Below, piece by piece: positions 56,282 to 64,000 of a stretch of DNA of 64,000 nucleotides. Under the pieces are notes generated by a model. The model made no database searches and had not been told where the DNA came from. It saw only the letters and a program-made list of their open reading frames with translations. Source of the stretch: an uncultured Acidobacteriaceae bacterium (GTDB lineage: Bacteria > Acidobacteriota > Terriglobia > Terriglobales > Acidobacteriaceae); NCBI GenBank assembly GCA_903842065.1, contig CAIMKZ010000076.1:30378-94377 (forward strand), given 5' to 3'. A program made the position numbers and the translations under genes. How positions within the stretch are numbered: position 1 is the first letter of the stretch; every line of letters begins with the position of its first letter.

Positions 56282-57379
56282 ATGAAACCGATTACCTTGC
56301 CTGAGAATCCGCGTCGTTGGGATGTGTTGAGCCTGGGAGAAGTGATGCTGAGGCTCGATCCCGGCGAGTCCCGCATACACACAGCCCGCCAGTTTCAGAT
56401 ATGGGAGGGCGGCGGAGAGTATAACGTGGCGCGCGGCCTGCGCAAGTGCTTTGGGCTGCGGGCGGCAGTGGCGACGGCGCTGGCGGAGAATCCCGTAGGA
56501 AGGCTGATCGAGGATTTCATCCTTCAGGGCGGCGTGGATACGTCGCTGATCAAGTGGGTTCCCTATGACGGCGTGGGCCGTACGGTTCGCAACGGGCTGA
56601 ACTTTACCGAGCGCGGCTTTGGGCCGCGGGCGGCGGTGGGCTGCTCAGACCGCGGACTGAGCGCGACGAGCCAGTTGAAGAAGGGCGACTACGAGTGGGA
56701 TAAGATCTTCGGCGACCGGTGCGGTGCGAAGTGGCTGCACACGGGCGGCATCTTTGCGGCGCTTTCAGCGACGACGGCCGAGGTGGCGGTTGAGGCGATG
56801 GATGCGGCGCGCAAGAACGGGACGCCGGTCTCCTACGACCTGAATTATCGCGATTCGCTGTGGAAGTCGATCGGCGGCAAGGCCAAGGCGCAGGAGGTGA
56901 ATCGCGAGATCGTGCGCAAGGTGGACCTGCTGCTGGGCAACGAGGAAGACTTCTCGGCGATGCTGGGCGTTGAGATCAAGGGTGTCGGCGAGGACTTCGA
57001 CGAGCTGCCGATTGCGGGCTACGAGGAGATGCTGCGCGAAGTTGCGGCGGCTTATCCCAATCTCAAATTGGTGGCGAGTACGCTGCGCACGGCGAAGTCG
57101 GCAAGCGTGAACGGCTGGGGCGCGATCGCGCTCTACGAGGACAAGATTGTGCACGTTCCGCAGCGGGATGTGGAGATCTTCGACCGCGTGGGCGGCGGAG
57201 ACAGCTTTGCATCGGGCCTGATTTATGGATTGCTGGCGGGCAAGGGCATCGAGTGGGCCGTGGCCTGCGGTGTGGCCCATGGCGCGCTGGCGATGTCGAC
57301 GCCGGGCGATACCAGCATGGCGACGAAGTCCGAGGTCGAGCGCGCTATGAAGGGCGGTTCGGCAAGGATTGCGAGATAA
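56282..57379 (+). CDS. kdgK: PfkB-family 2-keto-3-deoxygluconate kinase
   Basis: LGEVMLRL, GGGEYNVA, YDLNYR, DRVGGGDSF; followed by eda. Confidence 0.85.
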   Translation: MKPITLPENPRRWDVLSLGEVMLRLDPGESRIHTARQFQIWEGGGEYNVARGLRKCFGLRAAVATALAENPVGRLIEDFILQGGVDTSLIKWVPYDGVGRTVRNGLNFTERGFGPRAAVGCSDRGLSATSQLKKGDYEWDKIFGDRCGAKWLHTGGIFAALSATTAEVAVEAMDAARKNGTPVSYDLNYRDSLWKSIGGKAKAQEVNREIVRKVDLLLGNEEDFSAMLGVEIKGVGEDFDELPIAGYEEMLREVAAAYPNLKLVASTLRTAKSASVNGWGAIALYEDKIVHVPQRDVEIFDRVGGGDSFASGLIYGLLAGKGIEWAVACGVAHGALAMSTPGDTSMATKSEVERAMKGGSARIAR

Positions 57380-57381
57380 AG

Positions 57382-57402
57382 CAGCTTTTAGATGTTAGCT
57401 AT
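57382..57402 (+). repeat. Degenerate heptameric AGCT-type repeat after kdgK stop
   Basis: cagcttt tagatgt tagctat. Confidence 0.55.
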
Positions 57403-57427
57403 GTTGTGGCTGGTTGTAAGTTGTGGT

Positions 57428-57462
57428 TCCCAGGTCTCAACATCGAGACCTGGGGCACCCAG
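57428..57462 (+). repeat. REP-like palindrome family A, copy 5
   Basis: TCCCAGGTCTC-AACATC-GAGACCTGGG-GCACCCAG. Confidence 0.9.
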
Positions 57463-57483
57463 AGTTGAGTGAATGAGGAGAGT

Positions 57484-58128
57484 ATGGCTGAGACGACGAA
57501 AGAGATTATCGAGCGGGTTGGATTGATTCCGGTGCTGCGGGCCAAGAGCGTTGCGCAGGGCCGGGCGGTTGTGGATGCGATGCTGGCCGGCGGCGTGACG
57601 GTTGTGGAAGTTACGATGACGGTTCCGGGAGCTATCGATCTGCTCAAGGAATTGAAGAAGACGTACGGCGACAAGCTGCTGCTGGGGTCGGGAACGGTGA
57701 TTACGGCAGAGCAGGCGCAGGCGACGATCGATGCCGGTGCGGAGTTTGTGGTGAGTCCGAGCACGCATCCGGATGTGATCGAGGTGACGAAGAAGAACGG
57801 GAAGGTGTCTTGCCCCGGAGCGCTGACGCCGACTGAGGCGATTACAGCGTGGAATGCGGGCGCAGACTATGTGAAGATCTTCCCCTGCTCGGCAGTGGGC
57901 GGAGCGAGCTATCTGAAGGCGCTGCTGGCGCCGTTCCCGTTTTTGAAGATTGTGCCGACGGGCGGCGTGACGCTGGCGACGGCGGAGAGCTTTATCAAAG
58001 CCGGGGCGCGGGCGCTTGGCGTAGGTTCGGATTTGGTCGATCTGGCCGCGATTGACTCGGGGAATCCTGGAAAGATCACCGAGACGGCGCAGGCATATCT
58101 GAAGGTTCTGGCTGAGGCGCGGAAGTAG
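57484..58128 (+). CDS. eda: KDPG/KHG aldolase
   Basis: VEVT, GSGTV, AGAEFVVSP, PGALTPTE, VKIFP, PTGGV. Confidence 0.92.
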   Translation: MAETTKEIIERVGLIPVLRAKSVAQGRAVVDAMLAGGVTVVEVTMTVPGAIDLLKELKKTYGDKLLLGSGTVITAEQAQATIDAGAEFVVSPSTHPDVIEVTKKNGKVSCPGALTPTEAITAWNAGADYVKIFPCSAVGGASYLKALLAPFPFLKIVPTGGVTLATAESFIKAGARALGVGSDLVDLAAIDSGNPGKITETAQAYLKVLAEARK

Positions 58129-58155
58129 CTTCAACCCTGCGTATTGGAGACATGA

Positions 58156-58986
58156 ATGAAGGTTGTTTCATTTTCGCAGGGCGGTGGCGCGGTCAGGCCC
58201 GGTGTTCTGTTTGAAGAGACGGGCACGATTCTGGATTTGAGTCTGCACGGCTATGCTTCGACTCTCGACGTGATCGAGCGCGGACTGCCGAGGGTGGTTG
58301 CCGCGGGCAAGATTCCGCTGGGCGAAGTGAAGCTGCATGCGCCGATCGGCAATCCGCCGCGGGTGTTTGCGATTGGATTGAACTATAAGGACCACGCGGT
58401 CGAGGCGAAGCTGGAGCTGCCGAAGTACCCGATAGTCTTTTTCAAGCTGACGACGGCGATCGTGGGGCCGGGCGATGCGATTGTGCTCCCCGTTAACTCG
58501 ACCAAAGGGGACTACGAGGCCGAACTGGCGGTGGTGATCGGCAAGGGCGGCTACCGGATTCCGGCGGCCGAGTGGCGGGAGCACGTCTTCGGGTACACGA
58601 TGGTGAACGACGTAAGCGCGCGCGACATTCAGGCGCACACGGCGCAGTGGTCGCTGGCCAAGAGCTTTCCGACATACTGCCCGCTGGGTCCGGCGATTGT
58701 GACGGCGGACGAGATCGCCGATCCGCATGAACTTGCGATCAGTTTGAGCATCGACGGAGAGGTGCTTCAGAACTCGAACACTCGGGAGTTGATCTTCAAG
58801 ACGCCGGAGCTGATCGAGTATATCTCTTCGATTACTCCGCTGCTGCCCGGGGACGTGATCTCGACGGGCACACCTGCCGGAGTAGGGCTGGGGAAGACTC
58901 CCCGGCGCTGGCTTAAACCCGGCGAAACGGTGACGGTGAAGGTGGAAGGGCTGGGCGAGCTGGTGAATCCGGTGGTGGCGGAGTAG
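58156..58986 (+). CDS. Fumarylacetoacetate-hydrolase-family protein
   Basis: IGLNYKDH, DYEAELAVVIG, NDVSARD, KSF.T.CPLGP, GDVISTGTPAGVG. Confidence 0.92.
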   Translation: MKVVSFSQGGGAVRPGVLFEETGTILDLSLHGYASTLDVIERGLPRVVAAGKIPLGEVKLHAPIGNPPRVFAIGLNYKDHAVEAKLELPKYPIVFFKLTTAIVGPGDAIVLPVNSTKGDYEAELAVVIGKGGYRIPAAEWREHVFGYTMVNDVSARDIQAHTAQWSLAKSFPTYCPLGPAIVTADEIADPHELAISLSIDGEVLQNSNTRELIFKTPELIEYISSITPLLPGDVISTGTPAGVGLGKTPRRWLKPGETVTVKVEGLGELVNPVVAE

Positions 58987-59123
58987 TGGAAAAGTAGGGA
59001 AGGCATAACTCCTTTGTGGCATTACGCCGTAGAAGTAAGGGCGGTACGATCAAGTCGAAACTCGAGGAATATCGAGTTGCCGATCTGGTCACAGCCGCCC
59101 GCCGGGGCGCAAAGGAGTAGCGA

Positions 59124-59828
59124 ATGGGCCTTCTTCCAATCAACCATCAATTCGCAGGTACGCCTGGGGCGATGCTTGGCAGCCGTGTATCCGCAGGGTT
59201 CGAGACCGGGTTGTGCCGGCGGAATCCCGGAGTGCTCGAGATTCATTTGGAGCAGATCCGGATCAACGAGGCGCTGAGGCGGCTGGTTCAGCCGGAGTGG
59301 AATAGCGTGAGTATTGGCGGTCAGGCCAAATCACAACTGGGACTGCTGCGGGAACTGGCTCCGACCGGGCTGCATGTCGCCCTTGGATTGGGGAAGCAGA
59401 AAACAGCGAAGTTCGAGCAGGGTTCTGCGACCTTGTGTTCGGGATGGGTTGAGCTCGAAGGCCTGGTTGGTGACCGCGGCTACTCGCTGATAAGGATAGA
59501 GGCCGAGGGCGCAGAGGAACTGGTGCTGCGGGAGGCGCGGGAGACGATCGCGCGTTGCCGGCCGATGATCGTCTTTGAGAGCACACTGGACGGAGCGCGA
59601 CGGCTGGGACTGAGGCGCGAAGATGTCTTCAGTCTGCTCTACGACGAGATGGGATACGAGATATTTCTGCCCCGCGAAGTGTTGCGCGACGGCCGCGGGC
59701 TGGAGCTTGCGGGTTTTGAGAAGGCGGCGCTGTTTCCATATCTGGCGTTTCACTTCATCGCGATTCCGCGAGAACAGTGTTCGCAGGGGCGTTGGGCCGC
59801 ACGAGTTGAGTACAGGTTGAGCGCCTGA
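59124..59828 (+). CDS. Degenerate FkbM-like methyltransferase homolog
   Basis: LIRIEAEGAEELVL...RPMIVFE matches the KIDVEG.E..VL...P.I.FE pattern; SAM motif I is altered. Confidence 0.6.
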   Translation: MGLLPINHQFAGTPGAMLGSRVSAGFETGLCRRNPGVLEIHLEQIRINEALRRLVQPEWNSVSIGGQAKSQLGLLRELAPTGLHVALGLGKQKTAKFEQGSATLCSGWVELEGLVGDRGYSLIRIEAEGAEELVLREARETIARCRPMIVFESTLDGARRLGLRREDVFSLLYDEMGYEIFLPREVLRDGRGLELAGFEKAALFPYLAFHFIAIPREQCSQGRWAARVEYRLSA

Positions 59829-59853
59829 CAAGTTGTCGAAACACGAATGGCGA

Positions 59854-59888
59854 GGCCGGTGGAGATTGAGTCCACCGGCCATTTTCTT
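59854..59888 (+). terminator. Candidate intrinsic terminator
   Basis: GGCCGGTGGA-GATTGAG-TCCACCGGCC-ATTTTCTT. Confidence 0.75.
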
Positions 59889-59989
59889 GTTCGAACACAG
59901 AGTCATTTGCAGGCTCTGTTGCGCGCGAGTCAGCAGGAGATGTTCGAGCTGGCCGGAAAGCAGATTGCAAATTCAGAGATTGGGTATGA

Positions 59990-60137
59990 GTAAATTGCTT
60001 CCACGAGGAAGGCGTGATCTTCCGGATTCCCATTGTCTGGCACCCAGATCTGAATGGGCCTCAGGCCCTGCTGGCGTAGGCGCTCACGATGCGCAGACCA
60101 TAACGATGGAGGTGGCGGGTTGGACGTGGGCGGCCAT
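59990..60137 (-). pseudogene. DUF3018 (MazE-like antitoxin) remnant
   Basis: AHRERLRQQGLRPIQIWVPD...EDHAFLVEAI; nearest SD-preceded ATG (60137) is out of frame. Confidence 0.7.
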
Positions 60138-60197
60138 GGGGAGTTCTCTCGGTTAAATGTAACCGTAGCGTGAATTTGAAGCCGATGCAACGCATCG

Positions 60198-61127
60198 TCA
60201 AATAATGCGCTCAAATTCTAGGGAATAGTGCAGAGGCGAAGGAGACGCTCGGAATACCCTAACCGAGGGGTTGATCGAAATTGCGGCTTGGATAGCATGA
60301 TCTTGATTGTCTGCGTCCACCCGGCACCCCAAAAAGACGCTGGTTACTTCTTCTGGATGATAAGGCATAAGTATATTAGTTAATCCGGGCTCGATACACC
60401 CAGGAACATACAGACGGAACTCATGTTCGTACTCCCAATCTTGGCTCTTGGTAAAAACCATCCGCTCAAGGGCAACCCTACCGGATTCTGCTTTTGACAA
60501 GGTAATAGTATTTTGAAGGAATTCTTGTGGGTTTGCATAGAGAACAGGTCTTTCAGTTGAATACTTGACTGGTTTCGACGCCAGAAAGACAGAGTCTTTT
60601 TCTATGTTTGGAGTGAACTCGATAACAGCTCCACGATGACTATCTGCATAATGTGCCCACATTAAAAGATTCCGGAAACTGCTCGACGAACAGAAGACTC
60701 CGTCGTTTTCTAACGACTGGCGAATACGCATGATTGTTTCCTGCTCTACCTGTTCAAGTCTCACGAGATTAAACATTGAGTCGATTGGTGTGTCGGCTAG
60801 TTGCTTCCGCAACTGGTCTATATGTCCAGGAGGTCCCATTCTGAGGAGTCTGTCGAATACGAAAAGCATGTCCCTATAACGCGACGCGGGCAGAGACGAT
60901 ATATCGGAAAGGCTTTCAAGGAAATCCAGAAATCCTGTCTTGATACCTTCACAAAAAGTCTTCTTATCTATCCCGAAGCCACCTTGGAGGTACATATCGA
61001 AAGGGTCATTGAAATCACTTGGCTTCGACAGGCGGAATGTACATCCTTCGATGGTGTTGCAAAACCCATCGAATGTAAGTTATTTGTAGATTCGCTCTGG
61101 ACATGAATAGTGTTTCAAGTGTGCCAC
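60198..61127 (-). pseudogene. DUF2971-like gene with an in-frame TAA near the 5' end
   Basis: PERIYK*LTFDG...FRLSKPSDFNDPFD continues in frame into the 60198-60995 ORF (LMWAHYADSHRG, KSQDWEYEHEFR, VFLG); visibly AT-richer than flanks. Confidence 0.75.
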
Positions 61128-61156
61128 GCGCTGAAAGGCTTGTGCAGTGTCTGAAA

Positions 61157-64000
<2,844 letters not shown>

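Noticed and set aside
54881-56380. Long antisense ORFs (also 15076-16263, 40644-41810, 45515-46606, 3144-4142, 32402-33331)
   Set aside because: They shadow well-supported genes on the opposite strand, have no recognisable motifs and are expected in high-GC DNA.
10856-57462. Family A repeats as a CRISPR array
   Set aside because: Copies are kilobases apart with no regular spacers, and there are no cas genes.
61080-61082. Recoding (Sec/Pyl/readthrough) of the DUF2971 stop
   Set aside because: The codon is TAA, which is not a Sec or Pyl codon, and no recoding hairpin is evident; treated as nonsense or error.

Overview
High-GC core-chromosome window with no rRNA, CRISPR array, prophage, integrase or intact transposase. 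Gene content and order (Oar-like TonB-dependent barrel plus VWA protein, tandem lepB, kdp layout) suggest Acidobacteriota; this is an inference. Housekeeping loci: purH (partial), kdsC-queC-queE, trmO, ECF sigma/anti-sigma, rnc-lepB-lepB-asmA, metK, uppP-ftsK, yceD-rpmF-plsX, tRNA-Met, kdsB-ada, tolC, aroA, dnaX-ybaB-recR, kdpFABC with kdpE and a truncated kdpD, kdgK-eda-FAH, and uvrA (partial). The most interesting signals are mostly outside the annotated ORFs: (1) a SAM-II/SAM-V-like pseudoknot with non-canonical core positions upstream of metK; (2) QueE carrying a ~70-aa in-frame insertion built from palindromic repeats, one of which recurs four times in intergenic DNA here; (3) an apparently plug-less TonB-dependent-like barrel paired with a VWA protein; (4) a ZAS anti-sigma factor with a TonB-C-like periplasmic domain; (5) pervasive 7/8-mer tandem arrays at stop codons; (6) an unannotated 28-aa membrane peptide heading the kdp operon; (7) a decayed AT-richer islet (DUF3018 remnant, DUF2971 gene with a nonsense codon). 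All family calls are by-eye motif recognition; no searches were run.
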